In this document: piece after piece, positions 39,731-49,811 of the stretch
Position numbering within the stretch: the first letter of the stretch is position 1
Layout of the letters: each line of letters opens with the position of its first letter
Source of the DNA: an uncultured Candidatus Brevefilum sp.
GTDB lineage: Bacteria; Chloroflexota; Anaerolineae; Anaerolineales; Anaerolineaceae
Assembly (NCBI GenBank): GCA_964575595.1
Contig: CAZNRI010000007.1
Location: 2,749 to 66,748 of the forward strand
Direction of reading: 5' to 3'
Length of the DNA stretch: 64,000 bases
The notes under the pieces: model-generated
What the model saw: the letters and a program-made list of their open reading frames with translations, nothing else
Database searches by the model: none
Told to the model about the DNA's origin: nothing
Program-made: the position numbers and the translations under genes

Positions 39731-42247
39731 ATGCAATCCTATGTTGAAGTGGCGATCAACCTCCCGCAAATCTCGGATACTTATCATTATCACCTCCCGG
39801 AAGACCTGGCAGGGTCTGTCCTGCCGGGCTCGCTGGTGATCGTCCCCTTCGGCAAGCAGCGCGTTCAGGGAGTGGTCCTCCACTTTGTTGAAACACCTGA
39901 AGTCGCTAAAACCAAGCCTATCCAAGACTTAGTGGATGAGAAGCCGGTTTTAACAGCTTCCCAAATGGCGCTGGCGCATTGGTTGGCTGATGAAACCCTT
40001 GCTCCTTTAGGAGTCTGCATCAATCTGATGCTCCCCCCCGGGCTCAGTCAATACACTGATACCCTTGTCAGGCTCAATCCGGATCGAAAACTGGACCCAG
40101 AGGAACTCTCTCCCGTCGAAAAACGGATCGTTAATTTATTAAAAAAACGCGGCGACTTGCGCGCGCGGCAAATTGACGCCGCCATCCGCCATGTTGAATG
40201 GCGCGGCGTCCTTCGAAAACTCGCTCGGAAGGGTATTGTTCATACCCAATCCATCCTCCCGCCGCCTAGGGTCAGCCCAAAAATTGTCCGAAAAGTGATC
40301 CTCACCATCCCCCTTGAAACCGTTGATGACCTGGAAGAACCACTCAGCCGCGTTCACCAAGTCCACGATCGGCGGATGCGCATCCTGCGGCTACTGGCTG
40401 AGAAATCTGAACCTGTGGAACCCAGTGGGATCTATGCCCAGGTAGGGGCAAAATACAATGACCTTAAAGCACTTGAGGAAAAAGGGCTCATCAAACAATT
40501 GGATATCCAGGTCTGGCGGGACCCCCTCAAAGACACGACTTTTGTCCCCGCCAGCGCGCCCGAACTGACCCGTGATCAGAAACAAGCCTGGGAGAAAATC
40601 AGCGCTGGGCTGTCTGAGGTGCAACAAGGTCGGGTGCCCCGACCTTTCCTATTACATGGAGTCACCGGCTCCGGAAAGACAGAACTGTACCTGAAAGCCG
40701 TCAGAGCCACACTTGACTCAGGCAAAAAGGCGGTTGTCCTTGTCCCTGAAATTTCGCTGACTCCCCAAACGATCAAGCGCTTCCTATCCCGTTTCCCTGG
40801 GCAGGTCGGGGTCGTTCATTCCCAGCTTTCTGAAGGTGAGCGATATGACACCTGGCGGCGTGTACGCAATGAAGAACTTTCCGTCATTATTGGGCCTCGC
40901 AGCGCGCTGTTCATGCCCCTGGAAAACCTGGGTTTGATCGTGGTGGATGAATGTCATCACGAGTCCTACGATCAGCAGGACAGCCCACCGTATTATCACG
41001 CGGCGAGTACTGCTGTAGCCGCTGCCCGTTTTGCAGGCGCAGCTGTCATCCTTGGCTCCGCCACTCCACGCGTGACTCAATTTTATAAAACCATCAGCGG
41101 GGATTGGACCCATATCGGACTCCCTCATCGGATCCTGGCGCACCGTGAAACCATCGCTCATTATGCTCAACAACTGGGTTTTGACCTGCCCATCAAAACC
41201 GGCGAAGGGCAAGCCGCTGATTTGGGGCTGCCCAAGGTGTCCATTGTTGATATGCGGCAGGAATTGCAATCCGGCAACCGCAGTATTTTCAGCCGGGAAT
41301 TGCAAACCGCCATCCAGCATGTCCTGGACACTCATCAGCAAGCGATCCTGTTTCTCAACCGGCGGGGGACAGCCACCTACGTTTTTTGCCGGAACTGCGG
41401 ATACGTGGTCAAATGCCCCCGGGATGACAAGCCCCTTACTTACCATCATGGATCGAACGAGCTGGTATGCCATACCTGCGGTTACAGGCGCCAGGTGCCG
41501 AAACGCTGCCCCCAATGCGGCAGCCGACAGATCCGCCAGCTTGGAACCGGGACTGAGAAAGTCGAACAACTGGTGCGGGAGCAATTCCCTGAAGCCAGGA
41601 CTTTGCGTTGGGATGCCGAGACGACCCGCAAAAAGGGTGCTCACGACCGCATCCTCACACAGTTCACCAATCAGCAAGCAAATATCCTAATCGGGACTCA
41701 GATGCTGGCAAAAGGATTGGACCTGCCGCTGGTGACACTGGTGGGCGTAATCCTGGCTGAAATTGGTCTAAATCTGCCCGATTACAGGGCAACAGAACGA
41801 ACTTTTCAAGTACTCACCCAGGTCGCTGGTCGTGCCGGCCGCAGCCCGCTGGGCGGCAGGGTCATCCTGCAAACTTATGAACCGCATAATTACGCCATTC
41901 AAACCGCCGCACACCATGATTACGCAGGCTTCTATGAACATGAAATCGCTTACCGGCGTGAACTGCGTTACCCGCCCTTCACACGCCTGGTCCGCCTGGA
42001 ATACCGTCATCATGACGCCCGCCAGGCGGAGGAGACAGCCCAACAACTGGCTGGTGTTCTCAGGCAATGGATTCACAGCGAAGATTCATCCATAGAGATG
42101 ATCGGACCTGTGCCTTGTTTCTTCTCACGTTTATATGGGCGCTATCGCTGGCAGATTATCCTGCGCGGGGCTGACCCAACTATAATTTTGCAGGATCGCC
42201 AACTGCCGGATTGGATCATTGAGGTTGATCCCCCCAGCTTGTTATAA
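39731..42247 (+). CDS. priA: Primosomal protein N' (replication restart helicase)
   Basis: LHGVTGSGKTE, VPEISLTPQT, DECH, LFLNRRG, two Cys clusters, GTQMLAKGLD, QVAGRAGR. Confidence 0.97.
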   Translation: MQSYVEVAINLPQISDTYHYHLPEDLAGSVLPGSLVIVPFGKQRVQGVVLHFVETPEVAKTKPIQDLVDEKPVLTASQMALAHWLADETLAPLGVCINLMLPPGLSQYTDTLVRLNPDRKLDPEELSPVEKRIVNLLKKRGDLRARQIDAAIRHVEWRGVLRKLARKGIVHTQSILPPPRVSPKIVRKVILTIPLETVDDLEEPLSRVHQVHDRRMRILRLLAEKSEPVEPSGIYAQVGAKYNDLKALEEKGLIKQLDIQVWRDPLKDTTFVPASAPELTRDQKQAWEKISAGLSEVQQGRVPRPFLLHGVTGSGKTELYLKAVRATLDSGKKAVVLVPEISLTPQTIKRFLSRFPGQVGVVHSQLSEGERYDTWRRVRNEELSVIIGPRSALFMPLENLGLIVVDECHHESYDQQDSPPYYHAASTAVAAARFAGAAVILGSATPRVTQFYKTISGDWTHIGLPHRILAHRETIAHYAQQLGFDLPIKTGEGQAADLGLPKVSIVDMRQELQSGNRSIFSRELQTAIQHVLDTHQQAILFLNRRGTATYVFCRNCGYVVKCPRDDKPLTYHHGSNELVCHTCGYRRQVPKRCPQCGSRQIRQLGTGTEKVEQLVREQFPEARTLRWDAETTRKKGAHDRILTQFTNQQANILIGTQMLAKGLDLPLVTLVGVILAEIGLNLPDYRATERTFQVLTQVAGRAGRSPLGGRVILQTYEPHNYAIQTAAHHDYAGFYEHEIAYRRELRYPPFTRLVRLEYRHHDARQAEETAQQLAGVLRQWIHSEDSSIEMIGPVPCFFSRLYGRYRWQIILRGADPTIILQDRQLPDWIIEVDPPSLL

Positions 42248-42329
42248 ACACCACACCTCTTTAATCTCAAATAACAACCTCACGTTATAATAAGGGAAGC
42301 AAGCAAGACAATGATAACAGGACAATGCT

Positions 42330-43211
42330 GTGAAAAGTTTACGGAACGCTTTTCGATTCATAAAGGCTAGTTTTAAACTTACCTTCTCTCACCCCCAGCT
42401 TCGAAAGCCCTGGCTGATTTTTGCCGCCGGCGGGTCGGCGCTCCTAATGCTGTGGCTTCTGCCGATGGGCGCGCTGGCTGGTTTACTCAGCTTCAGCCCT
42501 ATAGGATTGGTTCTGATCGGCAGCGTCGGCATCTTCTTTGTCGCAAGCTTATGCCTTTGGGGAGAGATTGTGGCACTGAAGATCTGCCAGTCAACCGCGG
42601 AAGTGATATTAGAGGACCCTGACGAATTATCAACAGCATCCAAAGTCATCCCCTCACATTGGTTGGATATCTTCTTATATATCCTGATACTGCCGGGAAT
42701 TTTTGTTACGCAGGTGTTCAACAAAACCTCAAACCAAACTCAACGACCTTGGATGACAGGAAGATTCTTGACAATCCCCATCATCAGCCTTGAAAACCTG
42801 TCCTTGCGAGAAGCGCTGGGACGTGTGGAGCAAATCACAAGAGACAACCTTTTGCGGTTCCAACCCAGCTTGGTGCCGGTTGCGCTGGTGGCAGCGGTCG
42901 TGCAGGGGATCTTCATCATTTGCGGTATTGTTCTGGGGGCATTCCTCACACAAAGCATCACCTCAATGTCAACCGTTGCAAGCCTCTGGCAGCGACTCCT
43001 GGGGATAAGCGTTGGAATGGCAATCGCATGGCTCCTGACGATGAGCGGGACCTTATTCAGTACGCACAACCGGAGCTGTTACCATACGGCGCTTTATACT
43101 TGGGTTCGGAATGTGGAGAACGCCCGCAAGAATCACGATGCCCAGAAAGCAACAACGCCAAAGATTTTACAATATGTTCTGGGATCATCAGAAATAAGTA
43201 AGAAGGAATGA
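42330..43211 (+). CDS. Hypothetical polytopic membrane protein
   Basis: 293-aa ORF with several hydrophobic helices, in the priA orientation. Confidence 0.65.
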   Translation: MKSLRNAFRFIKASFKLTFSHPQLRKPWLIFAAGGSALLMLWLLPMGALAGLLSFSPIGLVLIGSVGIFFVASLCLWGEIVALKICQSTAEVILEDPDELSTASKVIPSHWLDIFLYILILPGIFVTQVFNKTSNQTQRPWMTGRFLTIPIISLENLSLREALGRVEQITRDNLLRFQPSLVPVALVAAVVQGIFIICGIVLGAFLTQSITSMSTVASLWQRLLGISVGMAIAWLLTMSGTLFSTHNRSCYHTALYTWVRNVENARKNHDAQKATTPKILQYVLGSSEISKKE

Positions 43212-43215
43212 AAAA

Positions 43216-43722
43216 ATGGACCAAAGAAAAGAGATCCTCACTTGGAATAATGTTGATCAACTCATTGACCATCTCCTGCCGCAATTTGAAACGACCTTTG
43301 ACAGCATGATCATGATTTCCCGCGGGGGTATCGTCCCCGGCGGATTGCTGGCAGAAGTCATGGATATCCAGAAATTATTCATCGCATCTGTTTTTTTTCC
43401 CTCTGAATTAGAGGACATGGAACGCCCCCGTTTGTTAGCCTGGCCGAGTTTCCTCATGTTCCCAGCAGATGACCTGCTCAACAGCAAACGTGTTTTAATC
43501 GTGGATGACGTTTGGGGCTCCGGCAGAACGATCACTTCCGTAAAAAATCGCATTTCAGCCGCAGAAGGTTACCCATACACCTGCGTTTTACATTTCAACC
43601 CTTACCGTAGCCTGTTCGGCGCCAACCGTCCGGATTTCTTTGCCGCCATCACCGATGCATTCATCATCTATCCCTGGGAAGTCGATCGGGATTCCACAGG
43701 CTCGTTTTTGCACGATCTATAA
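43216..43722 (+). CDS. Type I phosphoribosyltransferase (Gpt-like)
   Basis: ISRGGIVPG, PRPP-binding VLIVDDVWGSGRT, IIYPWE. Confidence 0.88.
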   Translation: MDQRKEILTWNNVDQLIDHLLPQFETTFDSMIMISRGGIVPGGLLAEVMDIQKLFIASVFFPSELEDMERPRLLAWPSFLMFPADDLLNSKRVLIVDDVWGSGRTITSVKNRISAAEGYPYTCVLHFNPYRSLFGANRPDFFAAITDAFIIYPWEVDRDSTGSFLHDL

Positions 43723-43868
43723 GCCTTTTATCCCAGCCTCACCTAACAATGAACCCATTTCCTGTCAAGGTTTTTAACTGTTAAACGCTGTTATTTCTTT
43801 GATAGTGATGAGATTAACCAGCTATAATTGAGAAATCGTTGAGCTTATCCGTTTCCGGAGGAAATAAC

Positions 43869-45305
43869 ATGGAAAGAAAAATCCGCTGGTATGACTACCT
43901 CACCATCAACATTTTCTATTTTGCCATCACGGCTCGGTCACAGACCCTTGCACTGATCGTTCCCCTTCTCGTGCAGACCTTTGTGGGAGAAGATGTCAAG
44001 GGCACAGCCCTTGGCAACATCCGCCTGTGGGGATTGATGGCTGCATTATTGTTTCAAGCTCTGGCTGGGATCCTGTCTGACCGGAGCACTTCCCGTATGG
44101 GGCGCCGCCGCCCATTCATCTTGATCGGCGCTTTGTCCGAGGTCGTCGTCTTCATCGCCATCGGCGTGATCGCATCCACATTGAAAGGCATGACCGGTTA
44201 CTGGGTCTTGTTTGGCGCTTATCTCCTTTCAATGCTTTCCTCTAATACCGGACATGCGGCGGCACAAGGGCTGATCCCCGATATTGTCCCTGAATCCAAG
44301 CATGGCATCTTCTCCGGCTTCAAAGCCTTCTTCGAACTCCCCGCTCCATTAATTTTCGTTTCTTTTGTGGTTTCCAAACTTGTAGGGGCAGGAAATATAT
44401 GGGGGGCTTTGCTTGTCCTCAGCGGCGTGATGGTCGTTTGCGCGGCGATCGCTATGTTGACACCAGAAAAGCCCATCAAGGAACCGCCCTTCGAGATGAA
44501 CTGGAAACCCGTGCTGCGTCTGGTGGCGATGACGGGCATATTTACCGTAGTCATTCTGGGGACGGGTGCATTGGTGAACTACGCCAACAATTTAACAGGA
44601 CGTTTACCCGATGTGTCGTCTTTGATTGCAACGGTGGCAATAGCCGTATTGGGGATGATGATCGCTGTGATTCTTGGGGTCTGGGCCAGCGTCCGAATCA
44701 GCATTGGAGGCGAAGGAAAAGAGAACAACACCTCTTTTACATGGTGGATCGTGAACAGGCTATCATTTTTAGTCGGTTCAACGAACCTGTCCGTCTTTGC
44801 GGTCTATTTTCTTCAGGAACGCTTCCCTGGTCAGGAGGGGGCGGGCATCGAGGAACTCTTCGGTTTGCTGATGCTATTCGTCGGCCTGTCCATTTTTATC
44901 TCCAGCATCCCCGCTGGGTGGTTGACGGATAAATTCGGCAGGAAACCGGTATGTGCCCTCAGCGGCGTATTGGCAACTGCCGGGACGATCGTGGTGACAA
45001 CTTCGGTGAACGTGACCATGCTGTATGTCGGCGGCGTGATGATTGGTGTTGCCATGGGCTTATTTTATTCTGCCAGTTGGGCATTAGGGACAACGCTGGT
45101 GCCGAAGGAACAGGCTGGGCGTTACCTCGGAATCCAGAATCTGGCTGGCGCTGGGGCGGGGGCTATCGGCGCTTACATCGGCGGTCCCATCGGCGATGCC
45201 GCCGGCTTCACCCTCTTAATGAGTATCTTCGGATTTCTCTTTCTTGTATCCACCCTGGCTTTATTCGGTGTAAACGAGAAGACGTTAAAGATCAGCGAGG
45301 ATTAA
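43869..45305 (+). CDS. MFS transporter (GPH/SLC45-like)
   Basis: GILSDRSTSRMGRRRPFI and GWLTDKFGRK motif-A loops; SD GGAGG before ATG 43869. Confidence 0.88.
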   Translation: MERKIRWYDYLTINIFYFAITARSQTLALIVPLLVQTFVGEDVKGTALGNIRLWGLMAALLFQALAGILSDRSTSRMGRRRPFILIGALSEVVVFIAIGVIASTLKGMTGYWVLFGAYLLSMLSSNTGHAAAQGLIPDIVPESKHGIFSGFKAFFELPAPLIFVSFVVSKLVGAGNIWGALLVLSGVMVVCAAIAMLTPEKPIKEPPFEMNWKPVLRLVAMTGIFTVVILGTGALVNYANNLTGRLPDVSSLIATVAIAVLGMMIAVILGVWASVRISIGGEGKENNTSFTWWIVNRLSFLVGSTNLSVFAVYFLQERFPGQEGAGIEELFGLLMLFVGLSIFISSIPAGWLTDKFGRKPVCALSGVLATAGTIVVTTSVNVTMLYVGGVMIGVAMGLFYSASWALGTTLVPKEQAGRYLGIQNLAGAGAGAIGAYIGGPIGDAAGFTLLMSIFGFLFLVSTLALFGVNEKTLKISED

Positions 45306-45403
45306 TCATTCGGCAAGTGAGTCAAGTTTCATTGACACCAATAAATCCTCGATTTGTTTGTTCAAGCCGGGGATTTTTGATTTTATAAAATATTACAGCC
45401 CAA

Positions 45404-47410
45404 TCAATCTTTTTTCGTTTTGCGTTCAGGCGAAGCTGCAATCACCGTCCCTAAAGTGAGGACGCCAGCGCCGATCCACAACCAATTCGCCAAAGGGGTG
45501 ACAAATAGGGTGAAGGTCGCTTCACCTTCACCGCTCCAGTCCGCCAGGATTGCATACAGATCCACAGCCAGGTTGCTCCTCAGCCCGGGTTGGGAATAAG
45601 CCTGATTCATATCCAGGTAAACCTGTCGCTGTGGATACAGAGAGCCGAGGAACCGACCCTTTCGGCTCACGCTCAGCTCCGCTTCTGTGATCAGGCGTTC
45701 AACATCAGGCGCTGAACTTTCCAAACCTTCAAAGGTGAACTGATAACCACTCAAGGCTGTTTCCTCCCCCAAAAGTAATCTCACCTGCGTTTCCTGCTGC
45801 AATCCCTCAAGACCGATGATGCCAAGGCTCATCAATACAATACCAAGGTGTACGATCAAGCCACCATATCGAGGGCGCGCCTTTTGGATGGGAGTCCATA
45901 AAGCCTTGAAAAAGCCATGGCTTTGGCCCAGCGCGTTGACCACATCGTTCACATATTCCCACAGGATTACCAGCCCAGCCGCCCCTGATAACCATAGCGC
46001 AACCAGGGTATAGGCACTTCGCACACCCAGCAGCCAGGCAGACAGCGGCACAAGCAAGGAAATAGGGAGCAATACCACAAGGCGGTTTTTGTTCTTGTTG
46101 AGGGATATCCCGCTCCACATCGCCAGCGGGCAAATGCCCATCAAAAACAACAACAAAAGAAATAAAGGCCCCGTGATGCGCTCATACCAGGCCGGCCCAA
46201 CCGTGATCTGAGTATCTGAAAACCTCTCAGAAAGGGATGGCAGAAGGACACCAAAAAGGCAAACGAGAAGTATGGCTATAAGTACCAAATTGGAGATTAA
46301 TGTAAGCACTTCCCGCGACATTTTGAACTCTGTGAAATGCGATCCCTTCAATCCACGCCAGCGGAAAATTAACAACCCTATTGACCCAACAAACACCACA
46401 GCCAACAAACCAAACAGGAAGGGACCGATAGCACTTTGCGCAAAAGAGTGCACAGACGCCAGAACGCCGGAACGTGTGGCAAATACGCTGAAAATGACCA
46501 GGCTGAATGTGAGCACTATCAAGATGACATTCCAGCGTTTATACCCGTCCCGCTTTCGCTGTAACAAACTGGTGTGCAATAAAGCTGTCCCGCTCAGCCA
46601 GGGTAATAAGGCGGAGATTTCCACCGGGTCCCATCCCCAATACCCACCCCAGCCCAGGACGTCATAAGCCCACCGCATTCCCAGGACAAGTCCCAGGGAG
46701 AGGAATACCCAGGCAAACAGCATCCATGGTCGGGAAATTTCCAGCCAGCGCCCATCTTTCCTCCCAGCAGCAAGGGATCCAAGTGCCAGCGCAAAGGGAA
46801 TAGCAAACCCGATAAACCCCAAATACAGAGCGGGAGGGTGCAGGATCATCCCAGGATGCCGTAATAAAGGATTAAGCCCTTGCCCATCCTGCGGTAAAAG
46901 CGCCCACGCACCGCTCGGCTTGAACATGGCAATGGTCCACCCGCCGTCCGCCAGATACCAGTATTGCTCAAAGGGATTATCGATAAAAAGGTTCATTGCC
47001 AGGAAGAATCCCAATATGGCTAATAATATTAAAGCTGCCCATGGAAAAATATCCATTGCTTTGTCCCGCATACGAATAGCAAAGACCATAGAAAACCCAC
47101 CCAGCAACCAGCTCCAAAACAACAGCGAACCGGATTGACCGCCCCATAATGCCGTCAGGCGTAAATACAACGGCATACTTCGATTGGTGACATTGTATAC
47201 ATAAGCAACATCAAACCGATTATCCACCAGCATAATGAGCATGGCGATCAAACTAAAACTGACCAGTGGGAAAATAAGCAGCAATGCCAGCCGAGCAGAT
47301 TCCCGCCAGGTGCTCGACTTAATGATCATCCCCCATATCATCGTTAAAAATCCATAAACGGCTAAGAGAAAACCCAGAGCGAGGGTTAGATAACCAAAGG
47401 TCGGGATCAT
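45404..47410 (-). CDS. ccmF: Cytochrome c heme lyase CcmF
   Basis: WGGQSGSLLFW, GLNPLL, HPPALY, WAYDVLGWGGYWGWDPVE, SVHSFA. Confidence 0.95.
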   Translation of the reverse strand: MIPTFGYLTLALGFLLAVYGFLTMIWGMIIKSSTWRESARLALLLIFPLVSFSLIAMLIMLVDNRFDVAYVYNVTNRSMPLYLRLTALWGGQSGSLLFWSWLLGGFSMVFAIRMRDKAMDIFPWAALILLAILGFFLAMNLFIDNPFEQYWYLADGGWTIAMFKPSGAWALLPQDGQGLNPLLRHPGMILHPPALYLGFIGFAIPFALALGSLAAGRKDGRWLEISRPWMLFAWVFLSLGLVLGMRWAYDVLGWGGYWGWDPVEISALLPWLSGTALLHTSLLQRKRDGYKRWNVILIVLTFSLVIFSVFATRSGVLASVHSFAQSAIGPFLFGLLAVVFVGSIGLLIFRWRGLKGSHFTEFKMSREVLTLISNLVLIAILLVCLFGVLLPSLSERFSDTQITVGPAWYERITGPLFLLLLFLMGICPLAMWSGISLNKNKNRLVVLLPISLLVPLSAWLLGVRSAYTLVALWLSGAAGLVILWEYVNDVVNALGQSHGFFKALWTPIQKARPRYGGLIVHLGIVLMSLGIIGLEGLQQETQVRLLLGEETALSGYQFTFEGLESSAPDVERLITEAELSVSRKGRFLGSLYPQRQVYLDMNQAYSQPGLRSNLAVDLYAILADWSGEGEATFTLFVTPLANWLWIGAGVLTLGTVIAASPERKTKKD

Positions 47411-47415
47411 CGCAC

Positions 47416-47928
47416 TTACTCCTGAACCTGGTTTGGCAGATCATCCTCATACTTCGAGGGGCATTTCAGAAGCAGTTCTTCGGCCAAAAAACTCCCATCC
47501 GCATTCAGCGACCCTGTAAGAATCGCCTGGGCTTCGTCCTTTAGCATATCGGGCGGCGCTCCCTCATAAACCACCCGCAGCTGCGGTAAATCAGGATCGT
47601 TAATCGCTTGATGTAAGACCGCTTCCAAACCCCCTCCCTTTTCAATTTCATCTTCATCTCCCGGGATATGTGCGATAGTGAAATGCAGAAAGCCCGATTC
47701 GGCATCATAGTTTATTGTCTCCCCAATCACCGCACCGGAAACTCGTATACTTTTGCCCGTCAAGTCTTCTTCCGATTCCTGCAATTCCCGCACAGTCATG
47801 AAAAATTCAGCCGTCGCCTGGGTTGCGCTAATGATCAACAACACGACAGCAGCTATAAATAATACACCGCCGATGAGAAATTTCAATTGATTAGATGTCT
47901 TAGGGGTTGTCATGGATCTCTCGCTCAC
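47416..47928 (-). CDS. ccmE: Heme chaperone CcmE, CxxxY variant
   Basis: N-terminal TM, IRVSGAV OB-fold, LLKCPSKYE. Confidence 0.9.
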   Translation of the reverse strand: MSERSMTTPKTSNQLKFLIGGVLFIAAVVLLIISATQATAEFFMTVRELQESEEDLTGKSIRVSGAVIGETINYDAESGFLHFTIAHIPGDEDEIEKGGGLEAVLHQAINDPDLPQLRVVYEGAPPDMLKDEAQAILTGSLNADGSFLAEELLLKCPSKYEDDLPNQVQE

Positions 47929-48108
47929 TATTCATACCTCTAATAATGGTCTTAATTATATCGGATGGTGACAAGGGATGCTACAACAGAACGGATGAAG
48001 TATAAAACAGCTGAAATATTTCCCTGTCTTAAAGGAAGAAATGACACGCAAAATATCAAGGTTCCTATGGTATAGTTTAACCATTCTACAACACCACTTG
48101 GAGCTGTT

Positions 48109-48744
48109 ATGTATATCGCTATTGAGGGCGTCATTGGTGTGGGGAAAACCACCCTTGCCCGTTTGCTGCAACCATCCTTCAACGCCGAACTATTGCTGGA
48201 AATATTCGAGGAAAACCCTTTTTTAAGTGATTTTTACAGCGACCGAGAACGCTATGCTTTCCAGACGCAGATCTTTTTCCTGCTCAGCCGCTACCATCAA
48301 CAAAGAAAAGGTGTGAGAGAAGCCCTGGAAAGCAATCCCTGGCTGCTCTCAGATTACACCTTTGAAAAGGATCGACTCTTCGCTGAGGTGAATCTGGTAG
48401 GCGACGAGCTTGAAATGTATTATAAGGTTCATGAAGCATTGGCAGAAAAGATCACCAGACCTGATCTGATCGTCTACCTGCGGGCGGATACAGACGTACT
48501 CATGCATCGCATCGCACAACGTGACCGCATTTATGAGCGTCAAATGGACGTGAATTACATTGATACCTTAAATCGGACGTATGAAGCGCGGTATGTGAGC
48601 GCTCCTGCAGAAAACGTGCTCACCGTCAACACCAACGACCTCGATTACGTCCGCCGGCCTGAAGCCCTGAAATCGGTTGAGCAGCGTATCCGCCATGCTT
48701 TGAAATGGGCACCCTTTCAGGAAAGCCTGCCCATTGACCTTTAG
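48109..48744 (+). CDS. Deoxynucleoside kinase (Dck/Dgk family)
   Basis: IAIEGVIGVGKTT, ENPFLSDFY, AFQTQIFFLLSRY, PDLIVYL, RDRIYE. Confidence 0.93.
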   Translation: MYIAIEGVIGVGKTTLARLLQPSFNAELLLEIFEENPFLSDFYSDRERYAFQTQIFFLLSRYHQQRKGVREALESNPWLLSDYTFEKDRLFAEVNLVGDELEMYYKVHEALAEKITRPDLIVYLRADTDVLMHRIAQRDRIYERQMDVNYIDTLNRTYEARYVSAPAENVLTVNTNDLDYVRRPEALKSVEQRIRHALKWAPFQESLPIDL

Positions 48745-48764
48745 TTTATAAAAGGGGAAAAAAT

Positions 48765-49772
48765 ATGCGCATTACACAGGATTTGCTTTATAAATATGCC
48801 AGAGAAACGGTCAAGAGACGGCAGCGAGGTGAACTGGACCTGCACGCAGCCTACCTGACCGGATCTTTGCTGGGGGACTCTCCCTTATTGGGCGGAACAA
48901 CGGATATCGACCTGGTATTGGTGCATAAATTTCAGGTACCCATGGAACGCGAATGCCTGCCGCTCACACCGGAAATCTCATTGGATATCCTTCATACCCT
49001 TAGGAAGGATTATGATCAGCATAAGCAGCTCCGCCTTGACCCTTATATGGGATATCCTCTGACACACAATCTCATCCTACTCTATGACAACGAACACTGG
49101 CTTGAGTTCATACAATCGGGAGTCAGCGCCAACTTTCACCGCCCTGATATTGTGCTAAACAGGGTCAACGCTTTAATGACTTCAGCCCGTGATGGATGGT
49201 TCTCCTTAATGCAAAGCTGTGATTTTACCTATTCAGATTGGCTTGACCAATACTTTGAGGTCCTTTCACTGGCAGCCAACGCTGTTGCTGGATTGATCGG
49301 TCCTCCGCTGACACGGCGTCGATTTCTGATGGATTTTAAGGACCGCGTTGAAACCCTTGGGACGCCCAAAGCATTGATCGCCTTCTACGGCGTTCTGGGG
49401 TTTACCGAAGAGAATGCAATGCACCTGCCGGCATGGATTAATGCGTTCAAAGAAGATTTTCAAGCATTGGGATCGGCTACAGATACACCCGTACACCTAT
49501 CCACGTGCCGCCAGGGTTATTATACGAACGCCCTTCAAGCTTTATCAGAGAGCGATGAACCACAACAGGCAGCCTGGCCGCTGCTGCGCACCTGGCTTGA
49601 TGTCTACCTAGCATCTAAGACGTCCCCTCCTAATGCAGAAACCTGGGAAAACTGTTTGGAGACATTGGGAATGACCCAAAATACTGCCGAACAAAAAATT
49701 GAAGCGCTTGATGCTTACCTGGACAGTCTGGAGATTGTTATTGAATCCTGGGCGGACGAATACGTCATATAA
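48765..49772 (+). CDS. Hypothetical protein with a Pol-beta-like nucleotidyltransferase motif
   Basis: AAYLTGS...TTDIDLVLV (hG[GS]..DxD) with a probable third acid in SLDI; helical C-terminal half. Confidence 0.65.
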   Translation: MRITQDLLYKYARETVKRRQRGELDLHAAYLTGSLLGDSPLLGGTTDIDLVLVHKFQVPMERECLPLTPEISLDILHTLRKDYDQHKQLRLDPYMGYPLTHNLILLYDNEHWLEFIQSGVSANFHRPDIVLNRVNALMTSARDGWFSLMQSCDFTYSDWLDQYFEVLSLAANAVAGLIGPPLTRRRFLMDFKDRVETLGTPKALIAFYGVLGFTEENAMHLPAWINAFKEDFQALGSATDTPVHLSTCRQGYYTNALQALSESDEPQQAAWPLLRTWLDVYLASKTSPPNAETWENCLETLGMTQNTAEQKIEALDAYLDSLEIVIESWADEYVI

Positions 49773-49811
49773 GTAAATTATTTCCTTATTTCACAGAAAA
49801 CATCGTAAAAC

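Noticed and set aside
40784-41677. 297-aa ORF antisense to priA
   Set aside because: Fully nested opposite a conserved gene, with no recognisable motif or translation signal.
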